DNA of 64,000 nucleotides from Amoebidium appalachense (taxonomy: Eukaryota; Protista; Ichthyosporea): assembly GCA_963693365.1 (NCBI GenBank), contig CAVNZM010000012.1, positions 6,770,889 to 6,834,888 on the forward strand, read 5' to 3'. Shown here piece after piece: positions 1 to 12,114 of the stretch (positions within the stretch are counted from its first letter, which is position 1; the number at the start of each line of letters is the position of its first letter). Under the pieces are notes generated by a model, which made no database searches, was not told the DNA's origin, and saw only the letters and a program-made list of their open reading frames with translations. The position numbers were made by a program, and so were the translations under genes.

Positions 1-157
1 TTTGCTCCGTTACCAATCAACAGACCGAAAAAGTGTGTATGTCTCATGCTTTCTCAACACCAGCCCCCCCCTTCCTCTTCGACCCCCCCCCCCCCCCTCC
101 TCCTCCTCCTTCCCCCCCGCCCCCTCCTTCCCCCCCACCCCCTCCTTCCCCCTCTCC

Positions 158-591
158 CAGGAAAATTTTGCAGCGAGATATTTTTGCACTGGAGGTTGGT
201 GTAATAAATGAATCAGTATGTAACCGGGTTTTCATTGGGTTTTTTCGTGCTCATTGGTCATTTGATTTATAGGATATAAACATGAATAACATGTTTCTAG
301 TGCTTTTAGTTAAGGTTCTAGCATTTTTTGGGCAGCCTAAGAAAGTCAGGGGGGGAAGGGGAGGGGGGGGGGGCACTATGCAACTGCAAGCTGCAGTGGA
401 CTTAGGGACAATAATCAGCAAAGAGCTGGAATCCTACAGAAACTCATAAAAACCTAAACAAGGCAAAGAGTTTACAGAAAAACAGTGCAGAGACAGAACT
501 CCATTTCGAACAAGGTTCTAGTAGCCTTTTCAAGTCTGTACAGTCTAGGGAGACGATCCAGTGCAAAGAATTCCCGGTTCAAAATTTCCTG
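158..591. repeat. Imperfect ~35-bp inverted repeat pair, possibly a decayed MITE
   Basis: 158-193 caggaaaattttgcagcgagatatttttgcactgga matches the reverse complement of 557-591 (caggaaattttgaaccgggaattctttgcactgga). No TSD seen. Confidence 0.4.
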
Positions 592-710
592 TGACACCCC
601 CCCCTCTCTCCCCCCCGGCTCCCCGACCACCACCACCACCACCACCACCACCACCACACTAGCGCGCATGCGCGCGCACACATACGCGCACATATACGCG
701 CGCGCGCGCA

Positions 711-841
<131 letters not shown>

Positions 842-855
842 GCACACGCACACGC

Positions 856-931
<76 letters not shown>

Positions 932-951
932 GCACACGCACACGCACACGC

Positions 952-1005
<54 letters not shown>

Positions 1006-1014
1006 GCGCGCGCG

Positions 1015-1076
<62 letters not shown>

Positions 1077-1426
1077 CCCTCCATTGCATCTGTGATGTTT
1101 CTTCTTTAGCCTCAACCTCTGCACGACCCCTTTCCAAGCCCCTTCCTTGCCTCCGCTAATGTGCACACGGTTGAACAGATACATCCACAAGATTAACACA
1201 AGTATCTTAACAGTGACAGGCACGAAAGTGATCAGCCCGATTTGAAAGCTCGGGAGAGGCCGGTGAGCCGGGTGTGTGTGCTGGCAGGGGTGATTCGGGA
1301 TTAAAGATAATTCACCTATAAGATAATCATTACTAGATTGTTTGACGGAAATAGAGATTCTAGGGGCTACCGAGGCTGGGGTAAAAATAAGATAACGGGG
1401 AAGGGGATCCAATCAACAGACCGAAA

Positions 1427-1511
<85 letters not shown>

Positions 1512-1580
1512 TGTGTCTGTGTGTGTGTGTGTGTGGGTGGGTGGGTGGGTGGGTGGGTGGGTGGGCGAGTGTCCTGTCGT

Positions 1581-1629
<49 letters not shown>

Positions 1630-1724
1630 CAACCGGCTAAGAAAGAGTGTAACTGGTTTACATTAATGGGTCCACGGTGCCCGGACAGGGACTCCCCGGC
1701 TCTACTTTGCACCAGTCTGTGCGA

Positions 1725-1901
1725 AAAGGTGTGCATATATCATGATGTTTGTACATTTGGTATTTTGTGTTCGTTTGTCACTGTGTGTGTTTGTGTGTGC
1801 GTGTGGTGTGTGTGTGTGTGTGTGCACGGTGCACGTTGTGTGTGTGGCCCACTCTCCCCCCTACCCCCCTGGCCTGTGGGTCCTTTTCTTGGGCTTGTGT
1901 T

Positions 1902-1932
<31 letters not shown>

Positions 1933-2478
1933 GGGGAGGGGGGCTGTGCGAAGATGTGTGCATATGTCTGTGTGTACATTTGCATTTTGTGTTCGTTTGT
2001 CACTGGGTGTGTGTGTGTGTGTGCACGTGCGTGTATCACAATTTGTGTGTAGTGTGTTTGTGTGTGTGTGTCCGTGTGACGGTGCACGGTGTGTGTGCGC
2101 ATCCCTCCAACAACCCCCCCCCCCCCCCCCCCCCCCCTCCCCCCCCTCCCGTTTGCCCCCCCTGTCCTGTGGATCCTCTTAGTTGGCGTGGATGTTTTTT
2201 TTTTTTTTTTGTTTGTGGGGGGGCGGGCGGGGGGGGTTGTGCCAAAATGTGTCCATATGTCTGTGTGTTCATTTGAATTTTGTGCTCGTTTGTCATTTGA
2301 TGTGTTTGTGTGTGTGTACATGTGGTGTGTGTGTGTACACGTGTGTATCACAATGTGGCCGGTGTGTGTGAATCTCCGTGTCTCCGTGTCACTGTGCACG
2401 GTGTGTGTGTGTACCCCCCTCCCCCCCCCCCCTCCCCCCTCCCCCCCCCCCCCCCCCCCCCCACACACACACCACCCC

Positions 2479-2509
<31 letters not shown>

Positions 2510-2570
2510 CCGCAGCCCATGAGAAGAACCCACAGGACCGGGGCGGGCAGGCGAGCGGGCAGGGGGGAGG
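1725..2570. repeat. Degenerate tandem triplication of a ~230-290 bp unit
   Basis: The motif gtgcatat..gtacatttg.attttgtgttcgtttgtcactg..gcacggtg recurs at ~1731, ~1958 and ~2250. Each copy is followed by a C tract, a cctgtgggtcctt block and a G tract. Confidence 0.7.
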
Positions 2571-2579
2571 GGGGAGGGG

Positions 2580-2615
<36 letters not shown>

Positions 2616-2748
2616 TTAGATAATGAACCCTACGGCCGAGAAATCTTAGGGCAGATTTTAGATCCTAAATTGTTTTTACCTGTTATCTGAAAAGTGAGTG
2701 AGTGACCCCTGTACACACACGTGTGTGTGCGCTTTAAAGGGGGGAGAA

Positions 2749-2786
<38 letters not shown>

Positions 2787-3630
2787 AGACTCGGGGTCTT
2801 GAAATTGTTTTCAACTTAATTTTTTCTTGTGGTAAGTTTATCCGAAAGTCTAAGTTGGACAACTGGATATACTGCGGTTTACACGGTCTATATTTTGGGA
2901 AACGGTGGGAGCACTGTCCCTTGCGATCGTGTGCATGTGTGGCTTACTGCGTTTTCCAGCACGGCCACACATAAGCCGAGGGGTGCCGTACTACATACTA
3001 CGGTGTATTGCTGAAGCTATGTTTTAGGGGAAACACAAGCAGTGTATTAGCTAGCGGATAAGCTAACTGGAAGTGAAATCGCCCTGGGGGGGGGGGGGGG
3101 GGGGAGGGGGGGGGGGGGGGGGGGAGGAGGAGGAGGAGGAGGGAGGGGGGGGGGGGGGGGGGGGGGCTATCGGTATTAGGGCCGTCAACCTACATTTATA
3201 TTTCTTTTCCCTTTTGGTATGCTACATCTTGTGCGCGGACGATCTTGCGGGCGGACTGCAGGTAGAATTGTGGACCGTCTGGTGCCTGGTGACGGTGTGA
3301 CATTTCGATTGGCTGATCTGTTTTTCAACAAGCTGATTGGCGGTTGCATGTAAACAAAGTCTTTGAACAAACATATCGATCACGCAAGTAGACATAGGCA
3401 ATGCAGCATGAGGGTGTTTCTGTAAGAAGGAAACTGCAGCAGCCATATAAAAGTAGGCAATATGTAAATTTTCATTAAGGCCTGTACACTCTCTTGCTCA
3501 TTTGATGCAGCTCCTCACTCCTGCAACCATCCGAATTATCCTTCCGGCCTGCGAGTGCGCTGCCGCACTGCGCTTCCATCCTTCCGTCGGCCCGTGAATT
3601 CATTCGAAATATTATTCCGAGCCCTAATTC

Positions 3631-3675
3631 AGCCAATCGAAATGAACTTCGCAATTTGGCGGTTAGGTATATAAA
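3631..3675 (+). promoter_or_regulatory. CCAAT and TATA boxes upstream of the Ntn-hydrolase gene
   Basis: agccaatc at 3631 and tatataaa at 3668, about 120 bp upstream of ATG 3794. Confidence 0.45.
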
Positions 3676-3793
3676 CTCCGGCGATGCTGGTGTCCTGCAT
3701 TCAAATCATCCTCAGCGACTTGATCTACCACATTCAGTACACATCACTACTTGGGACCTACATCACACCCATTGCTCACACAGACTGTGCAAC

Positions 3794-5074
3794 ATGGCAT
3801 GCCAAACCCTCAAGATGAACTCTCCTCTGCTCATTGCGGGTGCCACAACTCTGCTGTTGGCGCCTTCTGTTGAGGCATGCACCGACTTCCTGCTGCGCTA
3901 CCCAATCACCAGCGACCAAAGCACCTCGTACACGGTGTCTGCACGCACAGTCGACTTTGGCCACCCGGACCTACACGCCAACCTGCACGCCGTCCCTGAG
4001 GGCACAGTGGTGGAGCTTATGGGCGGCAAGGACTGCAATGATTGCGCCATTACAAACGTCACAGCAAAGTACGGGCTTGTCTACCCGCGGCCGGACACCC
4101 TCAACGAGCAATGGACGGCCTAAACACTGCCGGTCTGTCTGGGGCCTTCCAGGAGCTCCTTAGCCCCTATGGCACCTTGTACCCAAAGAACGTCAAGGAA
4201 GACACCCGGCCTGCCCTGGCCTCCTACAGCCTCATCACCTACATGCTCGCCATGTGCGACACTGTCGACTGTGTCAAGAAAGAACTTGCAGCACACAAGT
4301 GGTCAAGGGGTCCTCCCTTGCCCTGGATCTGATGCCCGGTGGAACTTACGGCGCCCACTTTCAGTTCCACGACCGCGCAGGAAAGTCGCTGGTGGTTGAG
4401 TTTATTGGCGCAAACTTCTCTTCTTTCGCTCCCCTGTGCTTCAACTCCACTGAGCCTATGCACAAGTACGCCGAACAGGCGGGTGCCCGTGTGTGCGTTT
4501 ACGACAACGTGGTGAAGGTGATGACCAACGAACCCACCTTTGAGCAAATTTTAATGCTTTTCAACCTGACTGGTCGCCTCGGAGGTATCGAGTATGAAGA
4601 CATCTCCACTGTCCCAAACGCCACCATTGCCGAAGTTCTGCGCACGTCGGGGGGGTTCACGCCAAGCAACCGGTTTGCGCACCTTGCCATGCTGCAGGAG
4701 TTTTGTGCGCAATAATGGGAAGTGGGTGCTGGGCACAGACAACGACCGGCATTCTCTCGTTTGCGCCCACCAGCCCGCGGGACGACCACATCAGCGCAGC
4801 CCCGGCCATGATTGGGCGTGTGGCGGTGGCCAAGGGGCTTGTGGAGCTCGAAGCCAGCGGGCTGCAGGACTGGACCACCGCATACACCTTTGCCCGAGAC
4901 CATGTGCATGGGCTGTACTACTTCAACACCCCCGCCATCAGGAATATGCGGGTGGTGGATCTGAGCAAACTTGTGCTTGGGAAGGACGGAAAGGGTCTCA
5001 AGCGCAAAAGCCTGCCCCTCGCCAAGCCACTCGGGCCCAAGTATCAAGATTTGAGCATCGCACTGTGGGAGTAA
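3794..5074 (+). pseudogene. Secreted choloylglycine hydrolase / penicillin V acylase family Ntn hydrolase, intronless, three frameshifts (pseudogene or assembly errors)
   Basis: A signal peptide (LLIAGATTLLLAPSVEA) precedes the catalytic Cys of CTDF. Family motifs then follow in order across four successive frames: SARTVDF, DGLNTAGL, HFQFHDRAGKSLVVEF, VMTNEP, TPSNRF, LYYFNT. Shifts at ~4100, ~4297 and ~4705. Confidence 0.85.
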
Positions 5075-5259
5075 ATAGTTTATAAATAGAATAAACATAT
5101 GCATGGGCTTCTCAGACTGAGCTTTTGTGTTGTACACGTCGCAAGTGACAGTGTAAAACAGCATGCAAATACGCTGCTATATTTTGCGTCGTGAACCTAA
5201 TACATGTGATAAATATGTACAAAAAACTGGAAAACAGACTCCGGCCGCATTCACCCCCC

Positions 5260-5290
<31 letters not shown>

Positions 5291-5935
5291 AAACCACCAC
5301 CACCACCACTGGCCAACCCCCTAAAGTTGAAGACAGAGAGGGAAAAAAAAAAAGAAAGAAAGAAAGAAGAAAAAGATTGGTTACAAACCACCCTGGAATT
5401 CGAAATTTTAGGCCTAGAGGGTTACATGGGGGCTTCTTCTTCTTCTTCAAGTTCTTCTCCATTTTCCTTGCTTCCCCTTCCCCCCCTCCCCCTCCCCCCG
5501 TCCAGGTCCCACTTTTCCTTTTTTCCCCCCTCTTTTTTGGGAAGGGGCCGCGGCGGAGGAGGAGGGGGGGAGGAGACGGGAGTAGAGGGAGGGGGGAAGG
5601 GGGGGCAGGGGAGGGGGGCTGGAGGAGAAAGGGGAGGGGAGAGGGCCGGGGGCCGGGGGCCGGGGGGAGGGGGGGGGGGGGGGAAGGGGGGATCCGAGGG
5701 GAGGGTTGGGTACGTGGGTGGGTGGGGTGGGGGAGGGGGTGGGGGGGGAGGGGGGGGGGGGGGAGGGGGGGGGGGGGGGGAGGGGGGGGGGGGGAGGGGG
5801 GGGGGGGGGAGGGGAGGAGGAATACGAGTTACCATTCTTTATGCAAGTGGTGTTGCTTCCTTTTTTTCGTCCTTTACTTTTTCCTTTTTCTTTTCTTTTC
5901 TTTTTTTCTTTCTTTTTCCACACGAGGGGGGAGAG

Positions 5936-5967
<32 letters not shown>

Positions 5968-6081
5968 ATTCATTCCACGAGAACGTGCAGGTGTTTGTAT
6001 CACTGCATGACACCCTGTGTCTATCATCCGAGAATTAAAGTAGTTGTTCGAGGCTGCCGTGTGTTGTTTTTTTTGTTTTTC

Positions 6082-6142
<61 letters not shown>

Positions 6143-6156
6143 CCTCTATCTCTCTG

Positions 6157-6226
<70 letters not shown>

Positions 6227-7192
6227 AGGCTCCCCTCCCCCCCCCCCCCCCCCCCCCTCTCTCTGGCACACGCACGCACGCACGCACACACGACCCACAC
6301 ACGACCACATACACACGCGCGCATAGACACACACACAGGCACACACACATACACACATACACACCTTACACGTACACACACGCTCACACATAACGAAGAT
6401 GCATGGCATATGTGCCCTACAAGGACATGTTGGTTACACTACATCGTAAACACACGGGCACTTTGCTCTGACAGGGTGGCACACACACACACGATTGGTT
6501 TTTTTCCCTTACTGCAGTGTACGTAGGAAACCCGGGGGTGAGTAACTTATAAAGGCCCTGCAGCTCGTTTATGCAGATGCTTATGATCTTTGAGAAATGA
6601 GAAATTTACTATTCTTCGTTTCGTTTTCCGAGGTTGTGCATCCGGAAGTAAACGAACCCCCCCCCCCCCCCCCCCTCCCCCCCCCCCCCCCCCCCCCTCC
6701 CCCTCCCCCTCTATTCCATCGTACAGTGCGGCGATGGGATGAACCACCCTATTACTACAAACAGCTGCTTAGTCTTTGCGAAAAATATACAGTACTGTCT
6801 AGCGAGCCCTAGACCTCACTCATTGATGTGGCAGTGTGTATATGTTTGTACGAGTATTTGCAAGCGGTGTGCAATTGGTTAAGGTGTGCGACAAAGAGGG
6901 CACAGTGAGCGTTTTGGTGTGTGTGGGGAGGAGGAGGGAGGGACTGGGGAGAGGGGCGGGGAGGGGGGGGGAGGAGGGGGGAGGGAGGAGGGGGGAGGGG
7001 GGATTCTTCTTCCTTTTGACTGGATTTATTCAACGGAGAGATATGTAAGTATGCACGGCACACTTACTGGGTCCTTGCTACGAATCAGGGGCTAAATGGC
7101 CACCCCACGAAGACCCACTTCATTTGCATACGGTGGTATCTTATACTTACCACCATGTGGCCGGGCCTTTTCAAACTGTTTGTTGAAAACGG

Positions 7193-7224
<32 letters not shown>

Positions 7225-7499
7225 AAACAACAACACGTAGGGCCCCCTTTCGTAAAAACGGTTTTTTTTTGAATTTCTTTATATGGCTAATCTGATCGAA
7301 CCGGATTCGATCTGGACCAATCATAAATACCCCTTGACAGAGTTTTCTCGTACGACACGTAGGGCATGTATGCCAAGATGATAAGGCAACTTCCCCGTCT
7401 TTAGGGAAATGATAAAAAGACAAAGTCCTCTCTGTGGATTTACTTTGACGTATACCCCCCCCCCCCCCCTTTTTTTTTTCTAATTAGTTTGACGTATGC

Positions 7500-7542
<43 letters not shown>

Positions 7543-8120
7543 AGCCCCTTTCACCCAAAATGACGGAAAAGCCCCGGATAAACGATGCACTCAGGCTACT
7601 AAAAAACCTTTTCAATCCCAAAGTCATGGTATACTATTGCCAAAATAACCACACCTGCATCAAAACTTAGAACAAACATTTGAAGGAGAAAGCCAATACC
7701 TTGCAATATAGTCAAACAAAAACAAAAAAAAAAGACGACACAAGCCGAAAGAATGAAAAGGATGAAAGGAATAAACGGTAGGTGCCACTCGTAATATCGA
7801 TTACAATTGATGGTCACCATGATTACATAAATTCGGGCGCACCAGCCAATCTACACATACCCTCTCTAAGAAAAATCCAAAGGAAAAGAGGGAACAAAAA
7901 GAAACGAGCGAAGGTGGGCCCTACCCCCCGCGCGCACAGTGGGGGAGGGGGGGGGGGGGGGGGGAGGGGGGGAGGGGGGGGAGAGGGTGGGTGGGGAGGT
8001 TGGGGGGAGGGGATCAAAACATCATCGAAATATGAATGAAAGCAAGAGAGCAAAAAAAAAAAAAAAAAAAAAGCACAAGGTCACTGCCGAAGGAGCCAAG
8101 GAACTGTGCCGGCGTCGGAC

Positions 8121-8754
8121 CTAGCACGACATTTCGAACTCATTCAATACGCTTTTAAAGTGCGAATGAACGAAGTTCTTTAAAGAACCAATCTTCTCCT
8201 CCTTCTCTCTCACCTTCTCCTCTAGCCGTCCCACATCCCCCCTTAACCCTTCTATCTCTCCCCTCAACGCCACCACCTCCCCTTCCAAATCACCAGCCCT
8301 CCCCTCTGCCGTTTCCGCCCTGTGTGAACTTTCCATCCCGCGTGTTTTTTCCCTCTCCACATGACTCATCAGTCGTTTCATCTCTCTCTTCCACCCCGTC
8401 TCGCTCTCCTCTCTTTCCCGCTTTAACTCCTTCACAACTTCGGAAAGTGTTGACAGAATGTCAGGAAAAGCCCTGTACCTATCAAGTGTCTCTCTCCCTT
8501 CCCAAACTATCCCATCCGATTCCACATTGTCTTCTTCCGGCGGTTGTCTCTGTGATTGCCTTTCATGCGCTTTATCCCCGTTCCAACCGTCACGCCGGCG
8601 TTTTCTGGGTGGTTCTTCCACGTTTCCATCTTCTCCCTCAGTCGTTTCCTCCTCTTCGATGACCTTCGGCCCAGTTCCATTTGTAGGTGGTTGGGCAATG
8701 TTGTCCGATTGGAGATCCGGTTCATCCCTGCATTTGTGGTGGCATTTTTATAAG

Positions 8755-8803
<49 letters not shown>

Positions 8804-8908
8804 CGCGCGCGCCCGTGCGCATGCGCGTGTGTTTGCAAATGCGGTTGTGTGTGTGTGTGTGTGCACAGAGTGTATGTGTGTGTGTGTGTGTGCACAGAGT
8901 GTGTGTGT

Positions 8909-8961
<53 letters not shown>

Positions 8962-9831
8962 GCAAGAAGTGCCGGCGCATGAGTGTAAGCGAGTTTACTC
9001 AGATAGGCTATGGCAGCGTCCAGGGTATCCAGGCAGGGATACGAAAGGGAGTCTGGGGTATGGGTTGCGGGGGGAGGGGGGGGGGGGGGGGGGGGGGGGG
9101 GGAAATGTACACCTTAGAGGGAGGAAATCATGCCACTAAACAAACATAAAAAGGGTTCACACACCCACACTACAGACATACACCGGCGCACATAAGCACA
9201 CATGCATGCGGGCGCGCACACCCACCCACCCACCCACCCACACACCGTTGTCTCCTTTACTCACACAGACACACACACACACTCTCTCTGACTCCAAACC
9301 CCCCTCCACCCCCCCTCCCCTCTCTCTCACTCTCTCACTCTTCTCTCTCTACCTCCCTATCCCTCTCTCTCCCTCTTTCTCTTGCTCTTTCTATTTCTCT
9401 TACACAATCTCACACTCTCATTTTATAACACACGCTCTCACTCCCTAACCTCTCTCACCACCCTCCCTCCTCTCATTCCTTCCCTCCTACCCTGCCTCCC
9501 TCCCTCCCTCGCTCCCTCTTTGCATCTACACACATGCACCATCGACACACAAATGGCTATTGTGTGACACATGCTCACACAAACGCACAAACAAAAAAAA
9601 AAGGGGGGGGGGGGGGGGGGAGGAGGGGGGACTTCGGTCCTTATTATTAGAAAAAAGGACCAAAGCCCCCCTCCCCCCACCTCCCCCGGGGGGGGGGGGG
9701 GGGGGGGGAGGAGCAAAAACGCACACTTGCAACACACCTGCACAAAAACCAAAGACTTGCAATCTTGTTTTTTATTCCCTCATCTACTAAAGTTATTTTT
9801 ATTTTCTTTTTATAAGAAAAAAGGACAAAAG

Positions 9832-9862
<31 letters not shown>

Positions 9863-10156
9863 TTGGGCAAAACAAAAAAGGGCAGAAAAAAAGGGCCCGG
9901 GGGGGAGGGGGGGGGGGGGGGGGGCAGGCGCAAGCAACACAACTCCTCACCTAGCATCCATCGGTGCATCCGGAAGATCCCCTGGCCCACTCACGGTATT
10001 TCCCATGCCCCCCCATGCAGGCTCGGCCTTAATGTTTACATCGGCATCAGCGTGTTGCTGCCCATGCCGACTGGGAGGGAACGCCTGTTCGTCTCCCTGC
10101 TCATTTGCTCCCTGGACTTGTCCTGGCTCGTTGCTGGTGTGTGTGTGTGTTCATGT

Positions 10157-10187
<31 letters not shown>

Positions 10188-10220
10188 GGGGGGGCAGTGT
10201 CTGAGTGTGTGTCTGTGTGT

Positions 10221-10287
<67 letters not shown>

Positions 10288-10361
10288 CATGTGTGTGTGT
10301 GTGTGTATGTGTGGAGGGGGGGAAGGGGGGGGGGGGCAGTGTGTGTGTGGGGGGAGGGGAG

Positions 10362-10401
<40 letters not shown>

Positions 10402-10543
10402 GGTGTGTGTGGGTGTGGGTGTGTGCGCATGTTGGGGGGGGGGGGGGGGGGTGGGGGGAGGGGGGGCGGGGACAGTGTGTGTGTTGAAGTGGGGGGGGGG
10501 AGGGGGGACGGGGGGAAGTACAGCGTGTGTGTGTTGTGTGTGT

Positions 10544-10588
<45 letters not shown>

Positions 10589-10748
10589 ACGGTATGTGTA
10601 TGATTATAGTAATATTTGTCGATTAGAATCTTGACTCAAGTTATTTGTCTCTTGTTACATGGCAAGTTCTTCCCAATGATCTCGAATACCTGTACTATGA
10701 CACAGTCTGCATGTACGAGAGCACGGTATGCTACCTAATGCATGTGTG

Positions 10749-10841
<93 letters not shown>

Positions 10842-10854
10842 GTGTGTGTGTGTG

Positions 10855-10890
<36 letters not shown>

Positions 10891-10965
10891 TTTGTGCGCG
10901 CACTCGTGCATACTTGTGTGTGGTACGTGTGTATGTATGTGCGAGTGCGTGTGTGTGTGTGCGTA

Positions 10966-11023
<58 letters not shown>

Positions 11024-12114
11024 ACGGTGTGTTTATGTGCCTGCGCACGAACTCGTACACGTGCAAGCACCTTCAGGCTGTCTTTCTTTTCTCTTCCCCA
11101 GGTTTTCTTTCGATAATCTCACTGCCTTTCCCTGCTTACCAAGCCCAAAACTCTTTCCATAAAGATCATTCTCTCCTTCTTCTCTCTGTGTGTTTTTTGA
11201 AGAACAGCAGACTTGTGTGGAACGTGGTTCACAATCTGCAGGCAACAACCTCTAGGAGCCAAGTCAATTCGTAAAACATTGTGCCAGAAAACAAAAAGTC
11301 AACTGTGGGCTCACCTGAACCCCGCGCCTGCATCTGCTGCCTGCACACCAGTCCACTCACTCCGGCCGAGCCTTGACAACGCTATCAGCTTCCGGTCATC
11401 AGCGTCCAACAGATCCACGAGTTCGATTTCAGGAAGGGGTTGGTTATCTTTGTCAAGCACGATTTTCTCTGGATTAGCATTTGTGATGTTGAAGATTTCA
11501 GAGAGGGGGTTTGCCGTGCGCAAAAACTCAACCCCTCGAAGCAATGTCTCCACTACCTCCAATTCCATTTTGTGCCTCTCTCCGTGCAGCCCCTTTTGAT
11601 ATTCCTCCACCCAAGTCGGGATTGCAAACTTGTGCCAGGTGAGCGAGCGGATGTACGTGATGTCTGCAATGTGCGGCAGTCTGCCTTCAGCTCTGAAAGT
11701 GTACCTTATGAAATCGGCGGTGCTGAAGTATGTGTAGTCTACAAACCTGATGCGCATGCTGTATTTGGGTGTTTCGAGTGGCTTGTCTGCGTTCATGCGC
11801 TTGAACATGGCGTCCGCCGTGGCCCACCCAACGTTGCTGGGTGCCCCTTTCTTGCTCGATTTCTTTCCAATAGGAGGAAGACGAACAGCGATGGGAAAAG
11901 AGAAAACGTAGTCTTCCCTGCCTATACCCGTGAACCTCGGTAGGTGGGGTATAAAGGAAAATTTCTCGAGTGCACGGGGTTTCTTGGGCTCATTTACGGG
12001 TGTGATTGGTGCACTATTTTTATCTGGGCGGGGAGGGCGCGTTTCTGAGCGTAATTTGCGACGTGGATGTTCGCTGGCGCTATTGGCAGCGGGAGCGGGT
12101 GGTTGTGGCTCCAT
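8121..12114 (-). CDS. Uncharacterised 547-aa protein with C-terminal coiled coil; exons 12114-11315, 10133-9951, 9052-8999, 8727-8121
   Basis: Four exons with GT-AG sites join in phase (1644 nt, no internal stops). The C-terminus is heptad-like ([26 protein letters not shown]). A 5'UTR intron is likely (acceptor ctcccag just before the ATG, donor gtgagt near 12379). Confidence 0.75.
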
